64,000 nt of DNA from an uncultured virus (IMG/VR IMGVR_UViG_3300047552_001239) (IMGVR_UViG_3300047552_001239); one strand, 5' to 3'. Numbered from the stretch's first letter, positions 28,307-39,930 are shown. A program made the numbers and translations. Notes: generated by a model from the sequence alone, not told the origin.

Positions 28307-30850
28307 TTAATCCGTAATATAGTAAATAGAAATATTATTTATATCCCACCAAAATAGTGTAGGGCAATATTTTAATATTTGATCTTTTGTCATTCGATCA
28401 ATTAAATCATCTTGACTACTAACGATTAAATTTCCATTTGGAATATATTGACCTAATATATTATTATTTGAATCTCTATATCCGGTTTTATCAGTTATAA
28501 AAACATCTGCACCTTTAACACTTGGAAAATTATGAATTATATCGTCAATTGTAGATTTATAAAAATAAAAATTAGGACCTGTTTTTTCACTATTTAAAAA
28601 TTTTGAAATTTCATACTTAATATTTTCAACTTCAACTACAATATCGATTTTATTTATTAAAACATAAGATTTAATAAATGTTAAATTTATAAATACTTTT
28701 AAAGGTAAATATAAATTAAAATCATATTGTGGACCTAAAGGACATAATATTTTTAAATAGTCACTTGTAATATAATTAGAATTTAAAAATCTTAATTGTG
28801 GGTCATCTGTAACCATTCGTATATTACTAATATCTAATGATTTCAATCTAGTATATAATGTATTTATAATATAATCTTTATTACTATTAAATTGATCATT
28901 ATCTATTAATGGAACATTTATTAATAAATGTTCCAATTCAGAATTTTCATTTCTATATATTATAGTTTTAAGTCGAAAAATATCTTCAAGATCTAATAAA
29001 TATTGAACTCCTTCAAATTTAAGATCTAATATATTCAATACCATATTTTTTATTGTAACTGGAGCGTCTTCAGTTGTATATGATACATCATCAAATATAT
29101 TAATAGTTGCAGTAAATATATCAGAAGTTAGTCCATAATGAATATAATTAGCAGATATATTACTTCCTTCCTCAAAAATCATCTCTTCTTCAGATATATT
29201 TAAGTTTGCAATTGTTAATTTAAATCCATAACCTGAAATATCCGATGTAGATTTAACAGAAAATATTGTTCGGCATATTGATTCTGTTTCCCCTACATCT
29301 TCAAATTCTAATTTTATTTCTAAATAAATTAACGGCAATACTTTAGTATAAGTAAAAGTTCTATGTAATGAAGATCCAACCACAGTTGCTAATAATCTAG
29401 AAACATCATTTTCTATAATTGAAGTATAATATTGTGAATAGTTATGCTTTAATAATAATGCAGAAAATGAACTGATATTTGGATTTTTCTTAAAGATAAA
29501 TGGGCAAATTAATTGTTTACCATTATCATCAAATATCGGATTTATAATATAAGTTTCTAAAATATCATAACTATTTCTAATTATATACTCTATATTTGGT
29601 TCAGAAACAAAATCAATATAAGATATTGCTTTAGTATTAGTATAAATAGGTTTGAGATATTTATCTAAAATATCAATATAAATATATATTATATTTTCAT
29701 GTAATGTTGATTTTTTAAACATTACAGTATAATATTCAAATACTTTTCCAATTATCTGTCTATAATCAGTTTCAGATATTAAATTATCTCTATTTTGAAT
29801 ATATTCAATTAATGATGTTCTTAATTTTTCCTGTTTTAATATATTTTTTCCACCAGATCCATTAACTATTTGTAAATTAATAAAATCTCTCGATGTTAAT
29901 CGTATTTCATTAACATCGGTAGTAGAATAATAATCAAATATAGTTATATCATTAGTTATTTCTTTTTTAATATTATGAATACCAATATTTCCTTTTTCAC
30001 CATATGTAGTTTTAACAGATATCGTTACTGTTGATCTTGGAATATATTTACCATGTACCCCAGATCCTAATTCAATTAACAATATTTTTCCTTGTTCATT
30101 TTCATATATTCTATAAAAAACATGATTATCATTAGATTCTGAAAAATTTTTTATATTTCGAATCTCAAAATCTTGCTCATAATCATTATTTATTTCCTGA
30201 ATTCTTACACTAATAGAACATATATCTTGATCATTTGGAACTTTAATTTTAATAGGATAAAAAGAATTAAATTTATATAATGGAACGGAAAATATTTCAT
30301 CAAATTGTTTATATTGATTAAAATCTATTATCGAAGCATATGCGTTAGTATATGTAATTGGAAAATTCGTCTTTTCTCCATTAATATTTGTGACTTGCAC
30401 AAACCAATTCATTATTGAATTAGTTTTTACCATAATTATAACATATTTAGAATCCATCACATACTGCATACTATTAAGAATAAAAGATGCAGAATTTATA
30501 TGAATTTCTCTTTTTATAACATTTATAGTAGGAGATAATAGAGCATCTAAATTAAAATTAATCGATCCATTTAATGTTGCTGGAACTGCTAAATCATAAT
30601 TGAAACCAAATAATGTCGAATGTTCAATTAAATTTGCATTATCTATCGCACTAATGGGGAATGCTTCATTAAAAAGATAGTTATAATATTGTTTTATATC
30701 ATATTGAAGATTCCCCATTAAATTTAATATATAACCAATCAAACCAACTTTAGAAATCTGTAAATCCACAGAATTTAAATCGATTTTTAATTGATCATAA
30801 TAATGTTTTATAAATTCTTCTGGTGTACTTAATTCATCTAAATTTTGCAT
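28307..30850 (-). CDS. Baseplate wedge protein (T4 gp6-like)
   Basis: N-terminal LFNEAFPISA...HSTLFGF..DLAVPA, IELGSGVHGK, TYGEKGNI, GSGG and NRDNLISETDY follow the gp6 pattern. Confidence 0.7.
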   Translation of the reverse strand: MQNLDELSTPEEFIKHYYDQLKIDLNSVDLQISKVGLIGYILNLMGNLQYDIKQYYNYLFNEAFPISAIDNANLIEHSTLFGFNYDLAVPATLNGSINFNLDALLSPTINVIKREIHINSASFILNSMQYVMDSKYVIIMVKTNSIMNWFVQVTNINGEKTNFPITYTNAYASIIDFNQYKQFDEIFSVPLYKFNSFYPIKIKVPNDQDICSISVRIQEINNDYEQDFEIRNIKNFSESNDNHVFYRIYENEQGKILLIELGSGVHGKYIPRSTVTISVKTTYGEKGNIGIHNIKKEITNDITIFDYYSTTDVNEIRLTSRDFINLQIVNGSGGKNILKQEKLRTSLIEYIQNRDNLISETDYRQIIGKVFEYYTVMFKKSTLHENIIYIYIDILDKYLKPIYTNTKAISYIDFVSEPNIEYIIRNSYDILETYIINPIFDDNGKQLICPFIFKKNPNISSFSALLLKHNYSQYYTSIIENDVSRLLATVVGSSLHRTFTYTKVLPLIYLEIKLEFEDVGETESICRTIFSVKSTSDISGYGFKLTIANLNISEEEMIFEEGSNISANYIHYGLTSDIFTATINIFDDVSYTTEDAPVTIKNMVLNILDLKFEGVQYLLDLEDIFRLKTIIYRNENSELEHLLINVPLIDNDQFNSNKDYIINTLYTRLKSLDISNIRMVTDDPQLRFLNSNYITSDYLKILCPLGPQYDFNLYLPLKVFINLTFIKSYVLINKIDIVVEVENIKYEISKFLNSEKTGPNFYFYKSTIDDIIHNFPSVKGADVFITDKTGYRDSNNNILGQYIPNGNLIVSSQDDLIDRMTKDQILKYCPTLFWWDINNISIYYITD

Positions 30851-30852
30851 AA

Positions 30853-32349
30853 TTATGTTGAAATAAGGCTTTTAATATAAATAGGATCTAATCTTGAATT
30901 TTTTATAATAATATTAGGATCTATATCTGTATTAGTATATTTAGTACTAATAATCAAATCTTCAATTACTACTAATATTTTTTCAATTTGAGATTGCAGT
31001 ATAATTTTATATCTTTCCGATAATTTTAATTTAAAATCATTAAATAATGTTGTCAGGTTAAGATTTTTTATTATATTAAAACGACGATTTTTTATATTAG
31101 ATAAAAATTCAAGTAGAATTAACTGAGTTGTATTTTTTTCTTCAGTTGTTTGATATTTAAATTGAATATTATTCAACTTTTGTATATCTTTAATATTTTG
31201 ATTCTTAAAAATATATTCAATTGAATTATTAATAAATAAATTAGTTATAATTTCAGTGATTTGTACTTTCGATAATTTTAATATTTGACTATTGACATTT
31301 CCAAATTTATAATTTTTCTTATCTTCTAATAATTTCAATATTAAATTAATAGTTAAATCCATATTTGATAAAAATTTAGTTCCATATTGTAAAATTATTG
31401 TATTTATAATTTGATCAGATATATCTAATACAGTTTGAATTTCTGAATTTATCAAAATAGTTTCAATATCAGATCTAATTTTGTCTACTAAATTTAATAA
31501 ATTAGTTACAAAAATATTTAAATTATTGGAAATTTCTAAATATTGTAAAATATTCGAATTTGATCCATATTTGATTTTATATTTTGCAATAAGATTTATA
31601 ATATCTTGAGATTCAAATTCAGATGAAAAAATTATTTTTCTTACATCTATTAATAAATTTGGAATTACATATTCCTGATCTATAGATAAATCTCTATTAC
31701 CTTCTATTAAATTATCAATTAAAGAATCAACTACTAATTCATTATTTAATATTTGGTTTATTATCGGTAATATTTCATTTTTATATATAGATATTTGATT
31801 TTTTATCAGACACTTATTTATTATATTAAATAAATTATCTTCTTTATTAATAAAAAGATTTTTACATGTATAATAAAAATCATCAATTATATCTGGCATT
31901 ACTACAAATTTATCATAATCTGTAGGATCTATTTGTTTATAAATTTGAAGTTCAATATTATCTATTAAAATATTATTATTAAAAAATATATTATTAATTC
32001 TTTGTGAATAAATCGTTAATAAATCATTTTTTATTATATCTATTATTTTATCTTCACTTTGAATCAAATTAGAATCAATCCATGTTTTAATAGAAAATTT
32101 AAAATTAGAATCAAGCCGTTTCGATATTAAAAAATTAGAAACTTCATTTTGTATTCCATAATATATATTTGAAATATTCTTTTTTAAAAATGGCTGTAAA
32201 TCCAAAAATAAAGTGTCAACCGTAGTGTGTAAAATTGATAATAACTCATCTCTTTGCGAATATAAATCTATAATAACATTATCTATATCTATTTCAAATA
32301 TAGATAAATTAGAATGTATATTTTCGGTAAATTCAATATCTGTTATCAT
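30853..32349 (-). CDS. Hypothetical protein, Ile/Asn-rich
   Basis: 498-aa ORF within the operon; no motif recognised. Confidence 0.55.
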   Translation of the reverse strand: MITDIEFTENIHSNLSIFEIDIDNVIIDLYSQRDELLSILHTTVDTLFLDLQPFLKKNISNIYYGIQNEVSNFLISKRLDSNFKFSIKTWIDSNLIQSEDKIIDIIKNDLLTIYSQRINNIFFNNNILIDNIELQIYKQIDPTDYDKFVVMPDIIDDFYYTCKNLFINKEDNLFNIINKCLIKNQISIYKNEILPIINQILNNELVVDSLIDNLIEGNRDLSIDQEYVIPNLLIDVRKIIFSSEFESQDIINLIAKYKIKYGSNSNILQYLEISNNLNIFVTNLLNLVDKIRSDIETILINSEIQTVLDISDQIINTIILQYGTKFLSNMDLTINLILKLLEDKKNYKFGNVNSQILKLSKVQITEIITNLFINNSIEYIFKNQNIKDIQKLNNIQFKYQTTEEKNTTQLILLEFLSNIKNRRFNIIKNLNLTTLFNDFKLKLSERYKIILQSQIEKILVVIEDLIISTKYTNTDIDPNIIIKNSRLDPIYIKSLIST

Positions 32350-33494
32350 AATTGATTTTCTATATTTGTAACAGTGTTATTTGTTATATTATTTACCGCT
32401 GACATTATATTATTATTTATGGTATTTACTTGAGATTGTGATGAATTTAAAGTAGTAGTTATATTATTATTCGAAATCAATTGATCTGAAGATTGAAGAA
32501 TATTTTGTTTTGTATTTGTAGAAATATTATTTAATTGATTTAAATCTTGCGAGAGGGAATTATTATCATTACTAGTTTTAGGAGCATCCGACATCAAAGA
32601 TGAATTTCGAACAGGATTTGCAATTGGATTTGCATCTTCAAAATTTAGATCCGATGTTATTTGTAAACCTGCACTAGTACCTTCAACGCTTGATGAAAAT
32701 GATTTAGCAACTGCAAACATTGCATATACGTCAATCATAAAATCAATAATTAACCAATCATTTACTCCTGTAAAATTAGATATTGGTAAAATACTCCCCG
32801 TTCCTTTTAAAATAACATCTTGATAATCGGTACAAATATATGGAACCGTATATACTGTAGTTTGATAATTATTTCTTGTCCCAACTACCTCTTTTGTTGG
32901 TATAGAAACTGGAAATAATCCAATCGCTTTACCAATATATGTTATACTTCTTAAATCGGGTTTATATTTTATAATATAAGCGCATGTTGCATAATCTAAA
33001 GTTTTATCACTATAATATAATTCAGTTGGTTGTACCTCTCCTAAAATTACTTGTTCGATATAATGAAACCAAGTATGATGCATTTCATATACATCTAAAG
33101 TTGCATTTTCTAAATATGAAATTGTAAAATTTCCACCGCTTGATCGTCCAACTCCATATGGAACTCGGAGATTCATAGTAGAAGCTATTTCATTATTAAG
33201 AATTTGCGTTTCAGGAGGATTATAATCTTGAGCTAAAAAAACCGTATCTAAACAATTATAAAAATATTTAACGGTTTTTAATGGATTCCAAAACAACCCA
33301 CTCATTATTGGTGGTTTTAAAAAAATAACATTATATCCTGATATATCGGGAATACCACCGGCAAATCCAGTACCAAGAAATGTGTCTATTTTTTCAGTTA
33401 ACCATGTCTTTATAAAATGAGTTGCTATTGGATTGTTTAAAAATTGTGCATAATTTCTTGGTAATTCATATAAATTCATACATTTAACTGACAA
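32346..33494 (-). CDS. Tail-tube-fold protein (gp19/gp54-like)
   Basis: RVPYG...FTISYLE...VYEMHHTW and GLFPVSI motifs typical of tube proteins, with a low-complexity N/S/Q tail. Confidence 0.6.
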   Translation of the reverse strand: MSVKCMNLYELPRNYAQFLNNPIATHFIKTWLTEKIDTFLGTGFAGGIPDISGYNVIFLKPPIMSGLFWNPLKTVKYFYNCLDTVFLAQDYNPPETQILNNEIASTMNLRVPYGVGRSSGGNFTISYLENATLDVYEMHHTWFHYIEQVILGEVQPTELYYSDKTLDYATCAYIIKYKPDLRSITYIGKAIGLFPVSIPTKEVVGTRNNYQTTVYTVPYICTDYQDVILKGTGSILPISNFTGVNDWLIIDFMIDVYAMFAVAKSFSSSVEGTSAGLQITSDLNFEDANPIANPVRNSSLMSDAPKTSNDNNSLSQDLNQLNNISTNTKQNILQSSDQLISNNNITTTLNSSQSQVNTINNNIMSAVNNITNNTVTNIENQL

Positions 33495-34708
33495 TTAAAT
33501 TTTTGTATGTTATGACTTAACATATAAATTACTATTCTTCTCAATTGAGATCTATTAGTATCAGAATAACCCATATAGTTATATGGTCTTTGAAATTTTG
33601 TTTCTAATATATTCTGAAGTAATTTATCACAAATTGCTTTTATTTGATTAACTTCATGATTATGTTTGGACGAAATAATTCTCTTTTGTATTTCAGTTAG
33701 AAATGATTGTGCACATATATTTTGCTGTGACATTCCAGAAATACGTCTAAAAATTAATTCTAATAATTCTTTAATATAATCAACATACTCCATTTTATGT
33801 AAAGAATTAAGTATTATCAATATATTAGCTTCTTGGGATTTTGATTGATCCCGTAAAAATTCCATAAATTGAGTTGGATATTTTGGAGAAGAATTAGTAA
33901 CTATATAATTAGTAATATTATCTACTTGATCTTCAAATCCAGAAGAATTCCCTTCTTCTGGATTTGACATTTCATCATTTCTTGCTGTAGATATTTTAAG
34001 GCCTTTTTCTCTTGCTTCAAAATATAATGGTTGTAATCCACTAGAATACTTCATTCCACCACTATCTAAATCTGCAACGGCACCTGATCTAAATATTTGT
34101 CTCAATCGATTAAATGATTGTTCAAATAATCGTTTAGTTTCGTCGGAATTTCCTATAATATTTGGCTTATACTTTGTATATATTGTCCCTACAAAATATT
34201 GAGTTATCATTTCTAATGGAGATGAATATTTATTCGGTAAATACTTACGATTCATCATATTAGAAACGACATATGCCATAGTATTAGCATGACAATACGG
34301 AATACTACTTTTTAAGCGACCATTCCACAACTTAAATAACATTAAAGTCAATGCATTTTGTGCTAAATAATCATTATCAGTTTTAGCACCTAATAATATA
34401 CATAAAAGTAAAATATGGTAATACGGGTTATTATGCATCCGGGCTGAAGCTGGAACTACCCATTGAGTACTAAATGCTTGATTTATTTGTTCTTTTGTTA
34501 TCCCTATTTCATCAAATAAATGATAAATGTCCTTTTCAGGGATAACAAAAGTAACGCAATAACCCTCATTTTTTTTCTTCGTATCTAGAATATCTAATTG
34601 TATTTTATGAATTAATCGTTGCAAAACAACTGTTAATCGTCTATGAAATTCCTTATGTTCTGATTTAGTAATAATTTCGACAATCTGGTCGATTGGTTTA
34701 GTTGCCAT
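33476..34708 (-). CDS. Hypothetical protein, 410 aa
   Basis: Well-formed ORF with an AAGGG RBS; function not recognised. Confidence 0.6.
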   Translation of the reverse strand: MATKPIDQIVEIITKSEHKEFHRRLTVVLQRLIHKIQLDILDTKKKNEGYCVTFVIPEKDIYHLFDEIGITKEQINQAFSTQWVVPASARMHNNPYYHILLLCILLGAKTDNDYLAQNALTLMLFKLWNGRLKSSIPYCHANTMAYVVSNMMNRKYLPNKYSSPLEMITQYFVGTIYTKYKPNIIGNSDETKRLFEQSFNRLRQIFRSGAVADLDSGGMKYSSGLQPLYFEAREKGLKISTARNDEMSNPEEGNSSGFEDQVDNITNYIVTNSSPKYPTQFMEFLRDQSKSQEANILIILNSLHKMEYVDYIKELLELIFRRISGMSQQNICAQSFLTEIQKRIISSKHNHEVNQIKAICDKLLQNILETKFQRPYNYMGYSDTNRSQLRRIVIYMLSHNIQKFNCQLNV

Positions 34709-34740
34709 TTTTCCCTTACCTTTAGAAAATGAGGCTTTAT

Positions 34741-35460
34741 TTAGATCAGTAATGAAAATATTCTAGATAATTTTGTATTATTGTCTTTAAATGTTTCTAC
34801 TAATTGAAATAATTTATCTCGATCAAACATTTCACTATATAAATCAGATTCCATTAATTCATTAATTTTACTTTCAATTATATATGGAAAATTAATAGAT
34901 TTAATATAATTTGTCATCATAATAGATTTATATGCATGTTCAATAGATTCTTCTATTGATAAATCTTCAGATAACATTAATTCGTAAGAATTTTCAATAA
35001 CAGCATCCTTATACTTTTCCTTACGCTGTCCCTCAGTTAAATTATAATAATTTTTTGTAAAAAAATCAAGAGTTAATCTATTAGATTCATTTTCTAAATC
35101 TATTTCACTAGATTCTAATACTAAATTTTTAAATCCATGAACTTTCGGTTCAATATTGATAAATTCATAAATTTCTTTAACATTTTCTAATAAATTAGCT
35201 AAAACAACTTTTGCTCGTTCTTGCTGATCTTCATTTAATTGATTAATAAATCTCTTATAAATATAGGAATCATATTTAACTTTTTTTGTAAATTGAGCAT
35301 CCGTGTATTCTTCAAAAATATACATAGAATAATCAACTTTTTTAGGTGTGTTCTGCTTTAATTGTTCAGTAACTTCAGCTTGTTTATTTTCTTTAATTTT
35401 ATTTAATGCCGTATAGGCGGCCTTCGATAATTCATATTTATCTGTAAATATTGCACTCAT
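34741..35460 (-). CDS. Hypothetical protein, possible head scaffold/core
   Basis: GAGG RBS; helical and Glu-rich, with several [IL]-x-E sites. Confidence 0.5.
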   Translation of the reverse strand: MSAIFTDKYELSKAAYTALNKIKENKQAEVTEQLKQNTPKKVDYSMYIFEEYTDAQFTKKVKYDSYIYKRFINQLNEDQQERAKVVLANLLENVKEIYEFINIEPKVHGFKNLVLESSEIDLENESNRLTLDFFTKNYYNLTEGQRKEKYKDAVIENSYELMLSEDLSIEESIEHAYKSIMMTNYIKSINFPYIIESKINELMESDLYSEMFDRDKLFQLVETFKDNNTKLSRIFSLLI

Positions 35461-35490
35461 TTTAATTATAACCTCAAAATTTTATAATTA

Positions 35491-35835
35491 TTAAATATTA
35501 ATAGGAGTTGGTGATGGAGGAGAATAAAATTCATCTGGTGTCTCTTTCTTCTTTTTAGTTAAATGATATCCTAAACCTGCACCAACAGCTAAAGATGCTA
35601 ATGCGGCTTTAGTAGGAATATTTTTAACTACTCTATCATTAAAAAGAGTATTAGCTGTATCAGTTGCTGCTTTAATTCCTGCTTTAGTTGCAGTCATTTT
35701 TGCTTCATCTGCACCGCTAACTTTACCATATAAATACGCGCCAGTTGGAATACTCGCAAGCGTAGCGTATTTTAAAAGTTTTCCTTTTTTAGATTCTTCT
35801 ATTAAATTATATATTTCATTTAATATCATAGTCAA
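35491..35835 (-). CDS. Small leader-family protein
   Basis: (MT)MILNEIYNLIEES followed by two hydrophobic segments (ATLASIPTGAYLYG; AALASLAVGAGLGY). Confidence 0.65.
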   Translation of the reverse strand: MTMILNEIYNLIEESKKGKLLKYATLASIPTGAYLYGKVSGADEAKMTATKAGIKAATDTANTLFNDRVVKNIPTKAALASLAVGAGLGYHLTKKKKETPDEFYSPPSPTPINI

Positions 35836-37910
35836 AATACCTGAAATACATCCTTTTGATGCGTTATAAATGTCTTTACATTATCCAAACTTAACATTCC
35901 AACACTATTTGGAGTATCAAACATAAATTTATAATATACCATTTTAGATTTTTCATCTATAACAATAATATTAGGAACATTTAATCTTTCATTGACTAAT
36001 CTAATCATATTGCTAAGATGCTTTTCATTTAATTTAAATGATTGTAATAGATTTTTCTCTTTTGATTGATCTTCTTCAGATTTTCCTCTATTTTCAATTT
36101 TACTTTGATATACTTTCTTTTGTTTTGAAAAACCTAAAGAAGAAAGAGACATAAATAATTTTTCAATTACCGATGCTCGTATAACTAGACAATAATTAGG
36201 AAATTCTAAAGCATCCCGTTTTTGTATTTTAACTTCTTCAGTTACGGATTTAAAATATTCGCAAATATAAGCTAAAAAACAATATAAAGATATAAAATAA
36301 ATAATATTAGATAATGCAGAGCTTAAATTTTGCAATAATTCTTCTTTTGGATTATTATTGCCTAATAATTGTTGTATTCTAGTACCAAAGGTAACATTTT
36401 GTAACTCTTCTTTATTACTATTATTAGCTGGTCTAGAAAATATATCTAAAATTCCTGCCTTATCAATATTAATAGTTGCTTGTTTTTTATTAAATATTAA
36501 TTTAGTTAACGAATCTTTATATATTTCTAATATATTCGTTAATCTTGTTTCTTTTAAAGCTATTTTATATATAAATTTTTCAAGTAAATTATTTTGCGAA
36601 GATATTTGAGTTGATAATGTAACTATTTTATCTACAAAATTAGCAAATTTATTCGTAGACATATCAACTAAACCAAAATGAGTTTGTTCTAATTGACGAA
36701 GTATATTTTCAACTGAAATTCTTGGGACTATTTGACAAATATTAGAATTAGCATCTAATTTTGATTGTAATGCTTTTATTGGATCATCTACTTTTATATC
36801 TGTAGGTTCACTAGTAGATGCTGTTATTATTGCATTAAAAATGTTTTCAAACAAATCATTAGTTAATTTTGATATATCTCCAATTTTTGTAGATATTACA
36901 TTTGAAACATCTATTTCATCATTACTAACTAATGCATTTGCCGTAGAATTAAATAACGACGAAATATGATTAGATAATAAACCATCAAATAAAGTATTAC
37001 ATTTTTGAACTATTGTATTTTTCGCAACAATCGAATTATTAAATACCGTAGAAACTTGAACAACTAAAGAATTATCAGTTTTAATATTTACTTCATTTGC
37101 AAATTTTACAGGATCTAATACTCGATCTAAATATTTTATAGTAATATCTAATTCAGATTCTGCTCTATCTAATAACATTGCAACTCGATTACTAGGAACT
37201 CTTTCATCGTAATCTTGTTCTTTTTTATTTTCTTCTGAAGCTCCAAAATACTTCATATAATCATCAATAGTAACTTTATTCATTATATTGATAATTGATT
37301 TTAAATTATTCGAAGAATCTAAAGTTAATGGATTAGATTCTCTTTCTGGAGCAAATCCGGCACTAATAAATAAAATCCAAAATAATGCAGTACTAGATGT
37401 AAAATATTGTTTGGTTCCTATTACTAATGGAATATCTACTAAATTTTCAATAGTAATTGTAGATATTATTGGATTTAATTGTTTATAATTTGGATTATTT
37501 TTTATTTGATCTTGTATAAAAGCTTTTAATTGATTTATTTTATTTTGATATTCATACTTATCATTAGACTGATAATGAGATTGTTCCGCCGGTTGTCGGT
37601 CATAATAAGTTGAATAATTTCTTGTTAAAGATCCTAAATTTTTCGCTAATTCTTCAGCTGGATTTATTTCTCTATTATTGACTTCAATATAATTAGATTT
37701 ACTTGCTGCTGTATGTAAATCTAAAATATTTGAAATTTTAATTTGAGTAATAAATTGAACTGTAAAAAAATCTCTTATAATTTCAGAGTAAGATCTTAAC
37801 TTATCATCAAATATGATAGGATATGTAAATACTAAACTATCTTTATTTAATGTTGTAGAAGGTTGTCTTATATTTTGTAATGTTGTAGATGGTGATGATG
37901 GTAATCTCAT
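35832..37910 (-). CDS. Hypothetical protein, 692 aa, probably virion-associated
   Basis: Long ORF in the structural operon; no motif recognised. Confidence 0.55.
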   Translation of the reverse strand: MRLPSSPSTTLQNIRQPSTTLNKDSLVFTYPIIFDDKLRSYSEIIRDFFTVQFITQIKISNILDLHTAASKSNYIEVNNREINPAEELAKNLGSLTRNYSTYYDRQPAEQSHYQSNDKYEYQNKINQLKAFIQDQIKNNPNYKQLNPIISTITIENLVDIPLVIGTKQYFTSSTALFWILFISAGFAPERESNPLTLDSSNNLKSIINIMNKVTIDDYMKYFGASEENKKEQDYDERVPSNRVAMLLDRAESELDITIKYLDRVLDPVKFANEVNIKTDNSLVVQVSTVFNNSIVAKNTIVQKCNTLFDGLLSNHISSLFNSTANALVSNDEIDVSNVISTKIGDISKLTNDLFENIFNAIITASTSEPTDIKVDDPIKALQSKLDANSNICQIVPRISVENILRQLEQTHFGLVDMSTNKFANFVDKIVTLSTQISSQNNLLEKFIYKIALKETRLTNILEIYKDSLTKLIFNKKQATINIDKAGILDIFSRPANNSNKEELQNVTFGTRIQQLLGNNNPKEELLQNLSSALSNIIYFISLYCFLAYICEYFKSVTEEVKIQKRDALEFPNYCLVIRASVIEKLFMSLSSLGFSKQKKVYQSKIENRGKSEEDQSKEKNLLQSFKLNEKHLSNMIRLVNERLNVPNIIVIDEKSKMVYYKFMFDTPNSVGMLSLDNVKTFITHQKDVFQVF

Positions 37911-37915
37911 TAATA

Positions 37916-38902
37916 TTACCTATATTTTTCACATATTTGTTTATAAACGCAAAAATAACAACCTTTAGTATCTATAAATTGATTATCCATTGGAATGATT
38001 ACATTCGAATCAATTGCCGTTTTAATAGTTTTATATTTTTCCATTAAATAATTTTCATATATTTTAATATTTGTCTTACTTAAATCGACAGTTAATGTGG
38101 TTATAAACCAAAATGGATTTCTTTTACTATCTAATTTTCTTTTTAATTCTTTACTAAATTTCAAATCTTCATTTAAAGTACTAGAATCTGAAGATATTAA
38201 TTCATGACATACATATATCAATTGGATATATTTAATATCATATTTATCGAGTTTAGGTAAAGAACCATTTCTAGAAGGTTGTTGCTGTTTTATTTCTTCT
38301 AAATAAGTTTCTAATAAATGCTTATAAAAAACTGCCTGATAAAAATCTGGATTACGTGGAGCATTTGTTTTTATAATAGTATCATAATCAGAATATGTAC
38401 AAGATTTTATTTCAACCAAAATAGAATCATTTATTAATGCGTCTGCTCTAACTGATATTTGTAAACTTGGTATTTTTAAACAAACTTCAGTCTCGGAAAA
38501 AACTAAATCAACAGATTGAATAAAATCATGTACTGAATTTCCAATATGCCCTCTCATAGATAACGGCAACCATGATGAGCTATAATCCCGAACTGGATAA
38601 TCTTTTATTCTAAAAAATGGAATTCTAGCACATTGAGCTGCTATATCATATGCATTAATATTATAAGAATTATTATGATATGATTTATTTGAATTATGAG
38701 ATTTTTTCTTTAATTTAGAAGTAAAATTTTCTATTGAGAAAAGTGGTAATTCATCTGGAATATTAATATTTTTTTCTTGTTTTGATTCTTGTGGAATTTC
38801 CTTAATAACTTCTACAGGTTGATTCGATGGTAATATTTCAGTTGTATCGAATGGATTTGAAGATTGAAGATTATTTAATAGATTATCATATAAAGAAGAC
38901 AT
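37916..38902 (-). CDS. Cas4-like PD-(D/E)XK exonuclease
   Basis: QCAR...GNSVHD...RADALI..LVEIKS, QxxxY and C-terminal CYFCVYKQIC (four-Cys Fe-S arrangement). Confidence 0.8.
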   Translation of the reverse strand: MSSLYDNLLNNLQSSNPFDTTEILPSNQPVEVIKEIPQESKQEKNINIPDELPLFSIENFTSKLKKKSHNSNKSYHNNSYNINAYDIAAQCARIPFFRIKDYPVRDYSSSWLPLSMRGHIGNSVHDFIQSVDLVFSETEVCLKIPSLQISVRADALINDSILVEIKSCTYSDYDTIIKTNAPRNPDFYQAVFYKHLLETYLEEIKQQQPSRNGSLPKLDKYDIKYIQLIYVCHELISSDSSTLNEDLKFSKELKRKLDSKRNPFWFITTLTVDLSKTNIKIYENYLMEKYKTIKTAIDSNVIIPMDNQFIDTKGCYFCVYKQICEKYR

Positions 38903-38907
38903 ATTTT

Positions 38908-39843
38908 TTATTTAAAACCAGAGTTAATATATTGTCCACGTAAATCAGTTTTAATATTTCTTGGTGAGTAGTGTTTATATACTTTACCACTTAACGCATC
39001 TTTTACTTTTTGATTCATAATATTTATCCACAAAGATTTTAATTGTGGATTTTCTTTAAATAGAATATCTATCATTTTTTTAAAATTTTTATACGCATTA
39101 TCTAATTCATCTCTAATTTCTTGACATCCACTACCTGTCGGTATAGCAGATAATGGATCATCTGTTGAATCAACATTAGATAAATCTTCACCTGTCTTTT
39201 GAAGACAAACTTTATATACTTTTGATAATTCAGCATAGGATGAAGTTAAAAAATCTAATGTACAAGTAATTGCACAATCAGATTTATCTCTAACATCAAA
39301 TGTATTATAATTTGATCGATTTGATATTGATTTCCAAAATGGTAATTTTTGATTTACATCTATATTACATTTTTTAGCACAATTAGAATATTCTTCGTCG
39401 AGCATCGAAAGAATAACTTCATGTTGTTTTACTTTATCACCTAATCTTTTTATCCATTCAACAGATAGGAATTTTTGTTTTAAACTAGACATTGATGATA
39501 GGAAAAGCCTAAATGTTTGGCTTAAAATATTATCTTCATATAATCCTATAAAAATACCACCAATCATCGCAGCTAAAGCTATACCACCTGTCACAATTCC
39601 CAAATCTTCATTTAATAATTCTTGCTCACATATATTCTCATGCGAATCAAATAATCTATAAATTATTCTCTGTTGATATAATTTACTTTCTTCTAATAAT
39701 TCATTATATAAAATTGGATTTACTGCTCGTAATATTTTTCTTGTTTCCAATATATATTCATATAATTCATTGTATTTTTCTTTCGATATATTCTTATCAT
39801 TAAGATATGAACGTGTTATATCAGATAAAAAATCATTGTTCAT
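38908..39843 (-). CDS. Hypothetical protein with a hydrophobic segment and Cys-containing domain
   Basis: ELLNE-DLGIVTGGIALAAMIGGIFIGL; layout resembles 51108-51890. Confidence 0.55.
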   Translation of the reverse strand: MNNDFLSDITRSYLNDKNISKEKYNELYEYILETRKILRAVNPILYNELLEESKLYQQRIIYRLFDSHENICEQELLNEDLGIVTGGIALAAMIGGIFIGLYEDNILSQTFRLFLSSMSSLKQKFLSVEWIKRLGDKVKQHEVILSMLDEEYSNCAKKCNIDVNQKLPFWKSISNRSNYNTFDVRDKSDCAITCTLDFLTSSYAELSKVYKVCLQKTGEDLSNVDSTDDPLSAIPTGSGCQEIRDELDNAYKNFKKMIDILFKENPQLKSLWINIMNQKVKDALSGKVYKHYSPRNIKTDLRGQYINSGFK

Positions 39844-39877
39844 GGATTATTTTAAATAAAAAATTAATATTATCACA

Positions 39878-39889
39878 TAATATCTATAT
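39878..39889 (-). promoter_or_regulatory. Candidate promoter motif ATATAGATATTA
   Basis: Exact 12-mer about 35 nt upstream of the ATG at 39843, just after a terminator. Confidence 0.5.
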
Positions 39890-39898
39890 AAAATATTA

Positions 39899-39930
39899 TA
39901 ATCCCACTATTTAAAAAAATAGTGGGATTA
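39899..39930. terminator. Terminator hairpin after recombinase gene
   Basis: TAATCCCACTATTT...AAATAGTGGGATTA perfect inverted repeat. Confidence 0.7.
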
